Origin: a virus
Lineage: Duplodnaviria; Caudoviricetes
Virus record (IMG/VR): IMGVR_UViG_2507262055_000001
Length of the DNA stretch: 64,000 nucleotides
Reading direction: 5' to 3' (one strand)
Shown: positions 1 to 7,614 of the stretch, in pieces
How the letters are laid out: every line of letters begins with the position of its first letter
Position numbering within the stretch: the stretch's first letter is position 1
The notes under the pieces: generated by a model
Told to the model about the DNA's origin: nothing
What the model saw: the letters and a program-made list of their open reading frames with translations, nothing else
Database searches by the model: none
Program-made: the position numbers and the translations under genes

Positions 1-1191
1 TTAATCGTCATCGTCGTCCTGTCCGCCCGGCGTGAACACCAGCAGGCTCATCGCGCCGCCGGCCATCAACTGCTGCTGCACGGCCTTGGTGTAAAGCTCC
101 GCTTGGGCGAGAGTCTTCCATCCGAAGATCGCCATGAGCTGATGCGGCGTCGCGCCGTTCTCCGCCGACATCGTCGCGCCGGCCTTGCGGAGCCCGTGGG
201 CGCGTCCGGGAACGCCGGCCTCCACACATCGGTCACAGAACCAGTTGCCAAGCCCCTTGGTCGTGTGCGGCTTGCCGTGGGCCGTTTCGAGGAAGGTCAT
301 CGCGCCGAGCACGCCGGCATCCTTGGCTTCGCCGAGGACCGTCTCGAGCTGCGGCAGGATCGGGATCACCAGGTCGACCGGGGCACGGTTCCGGTTTTTG
401 TGCTGGCGGAAGGCGAGCCAGCGTCCAGGGTGGATCTTGCGCAGCTTGGGCGCGATGTGCCGGGGCAGGCGGATATGCTGCCGGCCGAACTTGGCGACAT
501 CGGAGATGCGTTGCCCTAGCAGCAGGAACAGCATCAGGGCCAGATGAGCCTTGGTGCCGGGCGGATGTCGCTCGACGTAGATCTCGATCTCCGGGATTGA
601 CCATGTGTGATGGCCGGTCGATCTGGGCCGCTTCAACAGGTCGATCGCCTTCGCGCGGTTGACCTGGATCAGGGGCGGCGTCTGCTTGACTGCCCATTCC
701 GACATCTTCCGGATCGCCTTGAGCCTGGCGTTGGCGGCGTCGATCGACGTCAGTGCCTTCCGATTCACCAGTAGTTCGATCTTGTCCTGTGGAATATCGC
801 AGCCGAGCTCGCCGACGTCTTCGGGATCGTCCTCGCTTGCGGGCTCCCGACACAGGGCCGCGAGGATTCGGCGGCGGTTCTTCTGGGTCTCGATGTCATA
901 GCCGCGAAATTCGAGGCTCTCGCGCATGTACTTGGCGCACAGCCAGCGCAGCGTGTTGACCTTCACTTGCGCCGGCGGAGCGGCCTTTGTCGATGCCAGC
1001 ACGGCCTTGGCGTAGGGCCGATCGGCGAGTGCCGCGGCGTATTCCTCGAAGAACTCCGCCGAACCGACCGCTTCGCGCAGCCGTCTTTTGCGCAGCTTCT
1101 TCGTGTCGGGATTCCACTTGATGAAGTAAAGCCGGTCGTTGCCGTGCCGGTCCGGGTCGTGGTGGACGTAGCGCGGCAGGATCTCGGGCAT
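1..1191 (-). CDS. int: Tyrosine recombinase / phage integrase
   Basis: Catalytic motifs GQRISD (R), HGLRK (HxxR), GW and LYT (Y) in the C-terminal half; 396 aa. Confidence 0.95.
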   Translation of the reverse strand: MPEILPRYVHHDPDRHGNDRLYFIKWNPDTKKLRKRRLREAVGSAEFFEEYAAALADRPYAKAVLASTKAAPPAQVKVNTLRWLCAKYMRESLEFRGYDIETQKNRRRILAALCREPASEDDPEDVGELGCDIPQDKIELLVNRKALTSIDAANARLKAIRKMSEWAVKQTPPLIQVNRAKAIDLLKRPRSTGHHTWSIPEIEIYVERHPPGTKAHLALMLFLLLGQRISDVAKFGRQHIRLPRHIAPKLRKIHPGRWLAFRQHKNRNRAPVDLVIPILPQLETVLGEAKDAGVLGAMTFLETAHGKPHTTKGLGNWFCDRCVEAGVPGRAHGLRKAGATMSAENGATPHQLMAIFGWKTLAQAELYTKAVQQQLMAGGAMSLLVFTPGGQDDDDD

Positions 1192-1196
1192 GGAGC

Positions 1197-1469
1197 TTAG
1201 TTCACCTTGGCCCAGCCGCCGGCTTGAGGCTGGAGGGGGGCGTCGCTGGCGGGCGAGGGCGCGCTTTCATCCGGCAGGCTTTCGAAAGCCCTGTCAAGCT
1301 CATAGCGGTCCCATATGCGACAGCCATGCACAAGTTTACCGCGCGGCATCAGGCCTTCGGCGATAAGCTTGTCGAACGTCGATGGTTTGAATCCAACCCA
1401 GGCGGCGGCGTCCTCGCGTCGAAGTCCACGGTTGGGGTAGGGGCGATCGGAGTTATCCGGGCGGGTCAT
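1197..1469 (-). CDS. Excisionase-like / AlpA-type helix-turn-helix protein
   Basis: Directly upstream of int; GLRREDAAAWVG...FDKLIAEGLMPRG...WDRYELDRAF is a typical Xis-like winged HTH pattern. Confidence 0.8.
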   Translation of the reverse strand: MTRPDNSDRPYPNRGLRREDAAAWVGFKPSTFDKLIAEGLMPRGKLVHGCRIWDRYELDRAFESLPDESAPSPASDAPLQPQAGGWAKVN

Positions 1470-1846
1470 GCCCCTGCTCCACGATCCATGACACAGTGGG
1501 TGCGATTGTCCGCGATGAAGGCGAGCAAATCGTCGGTCAGGCGAAACCAGTCCCCCCTGATGTGACCGGCCCTGAATCGGGAGTGAAGTTGCCGTTCGCG
1601 GGCGGCGCCGCCTCGCAACACCAGCAAGGGCTCGAGAGTGAAAGGGCAGCCGGTCTGCACGTTGATCAGTCGTTGGCGCACATCGGCTGCGCTGCCGATT
1701 TTGATGAATTCACCGGCGCGTACGAAATAGACCAACGATCTGCTCTTCCGAGGCACCGCCGGGGTCGGAGGAGGGCGCGACTGATCGGGGCTGCGCACCG
1801 TAAGGGCCCATGCTCGCCGGCGGCGTTCACCTGGTGAAAGGGTCAT
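1466..1846 (-). CDS. GIY-YIG (T5orf172/MUG113-like) nuclease domain protein
   Basis: VYFVRAGEFIKIG...RQRLINVQTGCP...ERQLHSRF...GDWF motif; start chosen at MTLSPG (ATGA overlap with the upstream gene). Confidence 0.8.
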   Translation of the reverse strand: MTLSPGERRRRAWALTVRSPDQSRPPPTPAVPRKSRSLVYFVRAGEFIKIGSAADVRQRLINVQTGCPFTLEPLLVLRGGAARERQLHSRFRAGHIRGDWFRLTDDLLAFIADNRTHCVMDRGAGA

Positions 1847-2007
1847 TGGCGAGGCTCGTCGGGCGGCAGGTCTAGCAGTGTCCGGACGGCATCCATCTTC
1901 GCCAAAAGGTCGACGATCAACGGCGCCGTGTCGGCGTAGGCGTCGGGCAATTCTTTGAGATACTGCCGGATTTCTTCGGCGGCATCGTGGAGTGTATCGG
2001 AGATCAT
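1843..2007 (-). CDS. Hypothetical protein (54 aa)
   Basis: MISDTLHDAAEEIRQYLKELPDAY...; read by hand, 4-nt overlaps with both neighbours. Confidence 0.55.
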   Translation of the reverse strand: MISDTLHDAAEEIRQYLKELPDAYADTAPLIVDLLAKMDAVRTLLDLPPDEPRQ

Positions 2008-2270
2008 CGGTCAGCCTCCACTCTAAGCGCTTGGCAGCCCTCGCCCTGGATAGCGCCGCAGGCCATGCAGCTGCCGTCGAGGTCGACCTCATTCGTGGCG
2101 CAGCGCCGCGGCGGGGCGTCGTCGTCGCTGATGCGGCGTTCGATGACGCTGGTGCAATCGAGCATGCGGGCGACCATGGCCTCGCAGTCGCCGAGCTCGA
2201 CCTGCCGGATGCCGCGGGCTTGCAGGTCGCGCATCAGCACGCCGGCCATGATGATGCTGACGCCGCTCAT
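2004..2270 (-). CDS. Hypothetical protein with C-terminal Cys motif
   Basis: MSGVSIIMAG...CMACGAIQGEGC; ATGA-coupled to the upstream gene. Confidence 0.6.
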   Translation of the reverse strand: MSGVSIIMAGVLMRDLQARGIRQVELGDCEAMVARMLDCTSVIERRISDDDAPPRRCATNEVDLDGSCMACGAIQGEGCQALRVEADR

Positions 2271-2716
2271 TGCTGTTTGCTCCGCTCCGCGATCGCAACC
2301 ATCACGACGGCCCGCATCGCGACCAGATCGCCGCGCTGGGCGTAGAGCCGCGTGGTCACCCGATAGGGGTTGATCCCGAGCTGCGCCCAGAACGCTTCTT
2401 CGCCGCCGCGGTGCTGGGCGTGCTTCGCGTTCAGGTGGTCGTCGCGGCACAGCGGCAATGCGCGATCGTCGGAAACACGCTTGCCGAGCATGTTCTTCAT
2501 GCCGAAGGCGGCACAGGAATATTTGACGTGAGCTGCCTCGCCGCACGGTTCAACCCCGCAGTAAAGGCACGGCAGCTGCCGCACCTCAGCGAGGTACTTT
2601 GGGTCACCTCCTTTCGGTTCTGCCTCCACGCGCCGCGGTGCGGCCGCGGTGATGCGCTTGAGCAGCGAGCCTGGCGGCTCGGGGCGGGAAACGCGTTGCG
2701 GGCGGCTAATCGGCAT
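2267..2716 (-). CDS. DUF968-like / HNH-type zinc-binding phage protein
   Basis: YLAEVRQLPCLYCG...AAHV...ALPLCRDDH...QHRGGEEAFW pattern. Confidence 0.7.
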   Translation of the reverse strand: MPISRPQRVSRPEPPGSLLKRITAAAPRRVEAEPKGGDPKYLAEVRQLPCLYCGVEPCGEAAHVKYSCAAFGMKNMLGKRVSDDRALPLCRDDHLNAKHAQHRGGEEAFWAQLGINPYRVTTRLYAQRGDLVAMRAVVMVAIAERSKQQ

Positions 2717-2957
2717 CGATCAAGCTCCGCCGTTGCCCGCGTTCGAAGCTGACCTTGCCGTTACGACGCAGGGTCTTGATTTCGCCGTCGACGACAACGA
2801 AGCGGCCTTCCTCGTCGAATTGCGGCTGGACGACGTATCCAGCTTCGTCATCGGCCTCGATCACGGAATGCAGCTGGACGCCATCGATCCATATCTCAGG
2901 CGAGACCAGGAACACCCTACGCCAGCAATGTTCGCCATCTTCTGCGGTGATCTTCAT
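2706..2957 (-). CDS. Hypothetical protein
   Basis: ORF from MKITAEDG, overlapping neighbours in the leftward operon. Confidence 0.55.
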   Translation of the reverse strand: MKITAEDGEHCWRRVFLVSPEIWIDGVQLHSVIEADDEAGYVVQPQFDEEGRFVVVDGEIKTLRRNGKVSFERGQRRSLIDAD

Positions 2958-3523
2958 TGCCGGCTCTCTGGATCTTCGGGCGGCCGCAAGCTGTCGATGT
3001 GAACGCCACACTTCGCGCAGACCTTGGGATCGAGCGCGAGCGCTACGTGCCCCGGGCAGTTCTCTTCGCGCCCGAAGTTCTCAAACATCGAGTGAGCGGT
3101 GGCGACGCTTAGCGTCGAGGACACCTCACCATTGATATTCTCAATCACCAGTGCGAACTGGTTTCCCGATTCAACGGCAGCAAAATAATGGTCGAGCTGC
3201 AACGTATCGATGTGCACGATCACCTTGTGAAGCGCACCGGCGAGAAACATAGCGATGTCGGTTGGCGAGGCCTCCCGCTGCTGTGCCGGCTGCGAGCCAG
3301 CCTTCAGCTGAAGAACCATGTGGTGGCCGATGTAGGTCTGAAGCCGCTCGGTCAACGATTGCCCGGGAACGTCACCGAGCATATCCAACGCCCGCTGCAA
3401 TTCGTCGGCTGCCCAGCGAAGCTCATTAGCGATGCGGTCGGATGAGCGGCCGGGGATGGGCCCCATCCGAGTATCAATCTCGTTGGCGCTGGCGGTCAGA
3501 TCGGCGACCTGGATCTGTCTCAT
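2954..3523 (-). CDS. Hypothetical protein, C-terminal CxxC
   Basis: ORF from MRQIQV; ATGA coupling; CAKCG motif. Confidence 0.6.
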   Translation of the reverse strand: MRQIQVADLTASANEIDTRMGPIPGRSSDRIANELRWAADELQRALDMLGDVPGQSLTERLQTYIGHHMVLQLKAGSQPAQQREASPTDIAMFLAGALHKVIVHIDTLQLDHYFAAVESGNQFALVIENINGEVSSTLSVATAHSMFENFGREENCPGHVALALDPKVCAKCGVHIDSLRPPEDPESRQ

Positions 3524-3810
3524 GGCTCGTCCCTCCGAAACGTCGCGCCACCATCCGGGGACCAAGAGGCGATTAGGTGAGGCCGGAGCAATCCGGCTTC
3601 AGGATCTGTGAAGTTTCCGATGCCGAGATATCGAACGGTGCGCATGCAGCCTGCGCAGTGGCACGTCTGCCCGTTGCAAACCGGGCAGAGCCCGGGCGGG
3701 TCGTTTTCGCAGGGCACGAGATCCGCCCAAACGAACAACCGGAGACAGTCCTGACAAAGCGCGTGCGTTTCGCTGTCAAGCCCGGGATCGATGCCGGCCA
3801 CGTCGGTCAT
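3520..3810 (-). CDS. Cys-rich hypothetical protein (probable zinc binder)
   Basis: CQDC, CPVC and CHCAGC motifs; coupled overlaps. Confidence 0.6.
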   Translation of the reverse strand: MTDVAGIDPGLDSETHALCQDCLRLFVWADLVPCENDPPGLCPVCNGQTCHCAGCMRTVRYLGIGNFTDPEAGLLRPHLIASWSPDGGATFRRDEP

Positions 3811-4064
3811 GGCTCGCTCATCTCCATCGCCACCACATGCTCTGCGGCTGTCTGCCGGGCATCGGCAAGTAGTGCGTGAACCTCGAAGGGCGAGTAGCCG
3901 AACGAGACCAAAGTCATGATGGAATCGGAGTGGTCAACGAAGGCGCCGGTCTCGACCAGCCGCGAGGCCATCTCGGCGACCTTGGCGATGCGCTGGGCCC
4001 GGACGGCATCGAGGCAGAGTGAGCCGTCGGGGAGGGCATGGATGGTGATGGGCTGCATGTGCAT
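3807..4064 (-). CDS. Hypothetical protein
   Basis: ORF from MHMQPIT; TGATG overlap with the upstream gene. Confidence 0.6.
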   Translation of the reverse strand: MHMQPITIHALPDGSLCLDAVRAQRIAKVAEMASRLVETGAFVDHSDSIMTLVSFGYSPFEVHALLADARQTAAEHVVAMEMSEP

Positions 4065-4279
4065 CAGGCCCAAAAGATGCGCGCGCAATGGCAGCACACG
4101 ACGTCGCCGCACGATCCGATGGCATGGTGCCGACCATCCGGGCTCAACGCGCAGCGCGCGCTGGTGCCGAACGGGTCCGCGATCGTGGCAATCACGCAGC
4201 CGATCTCGCGCTCGCCGACAAAACTGATGATATTAGCAGGGCGCTCGGCGTGGCGGGCCGGCGTTCGGGCGATTTGCAT
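4064..4279 (-). CDS. Hypothetical protein (71 aa)
   Basis: ORF in the operon orientation; stop overlaps the next start. Confidence 0.5.
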   Translation of the reverse strand: MQIARTPARHAERPANIISFVGEREIGCVIATIADPFGTSARCALSPDGRHHAIGSCGDVVCCHCARIFWA

Positions 4280-4362
4280 GGCGGTGGTCCTCTGGCGGTT
4301 GAAAGAAGCGCGAGGTGGGCGGCGGCGTTACGCCACGTGCTGCCGCCCGGCCGCGCGGGTGG

Positions 4363-4785
4363 TCAGGTGAACAAGTTCTGGCTGTCGTGTCGGGCATGCG
4401 GGCTGCGATGCCCGCGGTAGAAATTCCGCTTCGTGGCCGCGCGCGCGACGGCGCGATCGAGCACCTCGCGCGTGGCCTGGTTGAACAGGGTTGGGTCGAT
4501 GAAGCGCGGATGCAGGTTCTTCGCTTCAGCGAAACTCTTGGACATCGTCGCGATCAGAATGCCGCGCTCCGAGGGCACCTCGATCGTCACCATCGCCTTC
4601 GGCACCCACACGGCCTTGGCCGCAATGCCGCAATCGGAGACGAGGATCGCCTTGGCCGTCTGGCCATGGCGGACCAGCACCAGGGCCGTCATGCCGGGGC
4701 TGGTCGGCACGACGGCCCTTCGGCCGAAACCACGAGGCGCTACGCTCGCGGCAACAGAATTGGTGAAGTGGGCAATGGTACGCAT
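4363..4785 (-). CDS. Hypothetical protein
   Basis: ORF from MRTIAHF preceded by an AAGGA ribosome-binding site. Confidence 0.6.
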   Translation of the reverse strand: MRTIAHFTNSVAASVAPRGFGRRAVVPTSPGMTALVLVRHGQTAKAILVSDCGIAAKAVWVPKAMVTIEVPSERGILIATMSKSFAEAKNLHPRFIDPTLFNQATREVLDRAVARAATKRNFYRGHRSPHARHDSQNLFT

Positions 4786-4789
4786 GACG

Positions 4790-5206
4790 CTACTTTCCTT
4801 GCACTGGTTGACGCTTGGTGGTGTCGCAGCCGGCAAGATGCTCGGCATATTCGCGAGCCTCGCCGCTGCCGAACGGAAGCGGGCGCGGGCCGTCGATCGC
4901 GCGGGCGACTGCCGCGACGATCAGGTGCTTGACCCATTCTTCCGGCGAGTGGTCGGGCGTTGGCTTGCTGGTGCTGATGAGATGGAAACGACCGGCGAGA
5001 TGCTTCGCGTCATTCAAAAGCGATGAGAGGGCTTTTGCGCCTTCGTCGGTTTCGCAATAGGTGCCGATCAGTGTGACGTCGTCGTAGCGAACGCCAGTCT
5101 TGCGCTGGACGCGTGCGCCGCAAGTGCCGTCATAGGCGGGCCGCACGACGTAGTCGCCGATAGCGGGAGCGACAGCCTGGGTGGGTTTCAGCTTGGCGGA
5201 CGGCAT
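4790..5206 (-). CDS. Hypothetical protein
   Basis: ORF from MPSAKLKP; TGATG overlap with the upstream gene. Confidence 0.6.
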   Translation of the reverse strand: MPSAKLKPTQAVAPAIGDYVVRPAYDGTCGARVQRKTGVRYDDVTLIGTYCETDEGAKALSSLLNDAKHLAGRFHLISTSKPTPDHSPEEWVKHLIVAAVARAIDGPRPLPFGSGEAREYAEHLAGCDTTKRQPVQGK

Positions 5207-5577
5207 CACGCACCCATCCGACGTTCGGCGGCGTGGATGGCGTCGCAGGCGCGACTGTCGCGCTCCTGGGCGTCGAAGGCGTTGAGCAAGATACGTTGGC
5301 GCCATCCGATGACGGCGTTGCGGTCGATCAGCTGCACGCGGCCGAGGCCATCGCAAGCCTGACATGGGACGTCATAGCGCCCGGCGAGATAATCGTCTCT
5401 GAAGTCGTCGTCCTGGTCGGCCCATTCGGAAGCCGTGAACGCACCAAGGTGCGAGCTGCTTTTGGCGGTGCCCTCACAGTGCGAGCAGATCAGCCACTTC
5501 GTGGGAAATTGCGCCTTGATCTCGTCGCGGTTGGTGAAGATCGAAACCGAGATCGTGCTGCGAGCGGCGGACGGCAT
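5206..5577 (-). CDS. Hypothetical protein with DnaJ-like CxxCxG zinc motifs (first gene of the leftward operon)
   Basis: CSHCEG and CQACDGLG motifs; GGAG upstream. Confidence 0.65.
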   Translation of the reverse strand: MPSAARSTISVSIFTNRDEIKAQFPTKWLICSHCEGTAKSSSHLGAFTASEWADQDDDFRDDYLAGRYDVPCQACDGLGRVQLIDRNAVIGWRQRILLNAFDAQERDSRACDAIHAAERRMGA

Positions 5578-5604
5578 GGAGGGCTCCGTGTGTTGACGGA
5601 GCCG

Positions 5605-5646
5605 ATAATAAGACGTTTTGTCTTTTCGTCAAGGACGATTTGTCTT
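5605..5646 (-). promoter_or_regulatory. Leftward early promoter (PL-like) overlapped by two operators
   Basis: Minus strand TTGACG (5627-5632), 16-nt spacer, TATTAT (5605-5610); operators AAGAC-N5-GTCTT at 5610-5624 and AGGAC-N5-GTCTT at 5632-5646. Confidence 0.7.
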
Positions 5647-5653
5647 ATTCCGT

Positions 5654-6139
5654 CTAGAGCCCTTTATTCGAATTTGTCAGCCTTGGGTGGTAGCTGAGAG
5701 AATAGCTCTGGTCTTCGGCAAACCCTATCCTGGTGATGTCAATCTGATCGCCGGCAGGCCGCCAAACCATGAAATCCATGATCTGGGATCTCGTGTTCGT
5801 CGCCGGCTCGCCGTATTTTGCCCTAAGAGAGCCAATCAGCTGGTTGCCCTTCGACGGATCATCGAGGCGCAGGGTAACGATCGCGAGCTTGTGAGTCTGG
5901 TTGTCGAAGAAGGCGAACGCAGTGAACGGCAAATCACCTGATTGATAGGACCCGTAGAGCAGCGCCGTTTCGTTAGCCGTCTTCTGTTTATTGCAGACCG
6001 CGCTGCATCGCTTCATCTGGCTCTTCGATGCGGCGACGACCTGATCGACGGTCATTCCCCATTTGGTGTACTGCCAATCCGCACTGGCCGCTGAGGTTGT
6101 GGCGAGAAATACGCCAATGCTCGCTGCAATCAATTTCAC
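5654..6139 (-). CDS. Exported protein co-transcribed with the repressor (superinfection-exclusion candidate)
   Basis: GTG start 13 nt after the repressor stop with AAGGA SD; signal peptide VKLIAASIGVFLATTSAASA/D. Confidence 0.65.
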   Translation of the reverse strand: MKLIAASIGVFLATTSAASADWQYTKWGMTVDQVVAASKSQMKRCSAVCNKQKTANETALLYGSYQSGDLPFTAFAFFDNQTHKLAIVTLRLDDPSKGNQLIGSLRAKYGEPATNTRSQIMDFMVWRPAGDQIDITRIGFAEDQSYSLSYHPRLTNSNKGL

Positions 6140-6152
6140 GGGTGAAATTTCC

Positions 6153-6464
6153 TTAGGCTGCTCGACGCTTGACGGTTTTCGGCTTTCTGCCCCGCTTCTC
6201 AACGGGCCGTTCGACGGCGGGTCCGCTGTAGAGCCAACCGATGGTCACGTTCGTCAGCGCGCAGAAGGAGGGAATGAGGTGATGAGGCAGGGGCGAGCGC
6301 GTTTCATATTTCTGGTAGGCGCTCGCCGCCTTCGAATCATCTTCCGCCGCAAGACCCATCTCGATCGCTATCGAGGCCTGGGTGAACCCGGCGTTGTGTC
6401 GAGCGTAGGCGGTTCTCGCCAAGAACTCCTCTTTGAAGTCGCTGACTTTGCGGGGCTTTTTCAT
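6153..6464 (-). CDS. CI-like XRE-family repressor (HTH only, no peptidase domain)
   Basis: RHNAGFTQASIAIEMG...AYQKYETRS HTH; divergent from a cro-like gene across operators. Confidence 0.8.
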   Translation of the reverse strand: MKKPRKVSDFKEEFLARTAYARHNAGFTQASIAIEMGLAAEDDSKAASAYQKYETRSPLPHHLIPSFCALTNVTIGWLYSGPAVERPVEKRGRKPKTVKRRAA

Positions 6465-6465
6465 G

Positions 6466-6537
6466 AAGACATTATGTCTTTGTGGAATACCCCCGTCGTC
6501 CGACAAGATGTCCTTGTCGTTTAAGACGATTTGTCTT
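6466..6537. promoter_or_regulatory. OR-like region: three palindromic operators with divergent promoters
   Basis: AAGAC-ATTAT-GTCTT (6466-6480), CCGAC-AAGAT-GTCCT (6500-6514), AAGAC-GATTT-GTCTT (6523-6537); same consensus as the pair at 5610-5646. Confidence 0.8.
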
Positions 6538-6549
6538 ATCTCCGTTGGT

Positions 6550-6780
6550 ATGGTTGATTCGTTCCGCTCCATCATTGATCTCTGGCCGACGCGCATCGCG
6601 ATGGCGTCGGACATCGGCGGGGACGCTGGTGAGGTCTCCAAATGGTGGCAGCGTGACAAGATACCCGACAGGTGGTGGGCACGGGTCGTTTCGACGGCGA
6701 CGGCCAATGAAAACGGCGTCACCCTAGAAGTCCTTGCCCGGCTCGCGGCCGGCGCGGATGCCGAAGGGGCCCGCGCATGA
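6550..6780 (+). CDS. Cro-like repressor
   Basis: 76 aa, SFRSIIDLWPTRIAMASDIG...VSKWWQRDKIP HTH pattern; divergent from the CI-like gene. Confidence 0.75.
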   Translation: MVDSFRSIIDLWPTRIAMASDIGGDAGEVSKWWQRDKIPDRWWARVVSTATANENGVTLEVLARLAAGADAEGARA

Positions 6781-7069
6781 CGCCGCGCAGGAAAGCGAAT
6801 TACCAAGCCCATTCCACCCGCCCCATTCTTTTTGCTTATTTTTCCTATCCTGATTGGGACCACAGGAACCTTCAACTAAAATCTGCATGTCTTCGTCAAA
6901 GTACGGAGAGGGTGTCCCGGGACGAAACAGCTTTTGCGCGCGCAGGTAGAGCAAGCCGGCATGGCCGTCATGCAGATCAGATTGCGCGCGTCCCGACAGG
7001 AATATCGCTGCGTTGCGCAAGCGGGCCTGCAGTTCAATCGACAGTGTTGCGTTGCGTAGGGGGTATGTC

Positions 7070-7342
7070 GTGTCCATTGTCGAATCGTGCACGTTGCCGC
7101 CCGTGCGGCCTAGGAGAACACTGCGAACAGTTGTTCGTAGAAAGTTCGAGAGAGAAAATCTTTCCAAGTTCGGGCGCGTCTGCGCTGAACTATGGCCGGA
7201 CCAGAAGGTCGACGTCATCCTGGCGCAGCGCATCGGCTGCACTGAACGCGCCGCTCAATTCTACATCAGCGGTGGCCGCGAGCCTTCTTATGAAGCGCTC
7301 ATGGTTGTGCTCGACGAGCTGCGCCCCCGCAAGCGGGCTTGA
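7070..7342 (+). CDS. CII-like HTH regulator
   Basis: GTG start after an AGGGGG SD; LAQRIGCTERAAQFYISGGREPS HTH; lies downstream of cro. Confidence 0.6.
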   Translation: MSIVESCTLPPVRPRRTLRTVVRRKFERENLSKFGRVCAELWPDQKVDVILAQRIGCTERAAQFYISGGREPSYEALMVVLDELRPRKRA

Positions 7343-7368
7343 GACCAATCATCAACAGGAGGAATTCC

Positions 7369-7614
7369 ATGTCGAACATTCTCGGCACGACCCGGCGCGA
7401 CAAGATCACGGGCTTTCAGGGCGTGGTGACCGGTTACTGCGAGTACATCAGCGGCTGCAACCAGGCTCTATTGGTGCCGAAGGTCGACGAGAAAGGCTCT
7501 CACGTCGAACCGCACTGGTTCGATGTGCAGCGGCTGGAGCAGGTTGGCACCGAAGTGCTCAAGCTGGACAACGGTTCATCACCGGGCTGCGATATGGCGG
7601 CGCCGAAGCGCTGA
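7369..7614 (+). CDS. Hypothetical phage protein
   Basis: Strong AGGAGG SD; DKITGFQGVVTGYCEYISGCNQALL...WFDVQRL pattern typical of small phage proteins. Confidence 0.75.
   Translation: MSNILGTTRRDKITGFQGVVTGYCEYISGCNQALLVPKVDEKGSHVEPHWFDVQRLEQVGTEVLKLDNGSSPGCDMAAPKR

Noticed and set aside
1-60. attL core
   Set aside because: The window starts at the integrase stop codon, so the attachment site lies outside it.
6724-7077. Minus-strand ORF MDTTYPLRNATLSIEL... between cro and the CII-like gene
   Set aside because: Overlaps the cro 3' end, has no clear SD or motif, and cannot be supported without homology data.
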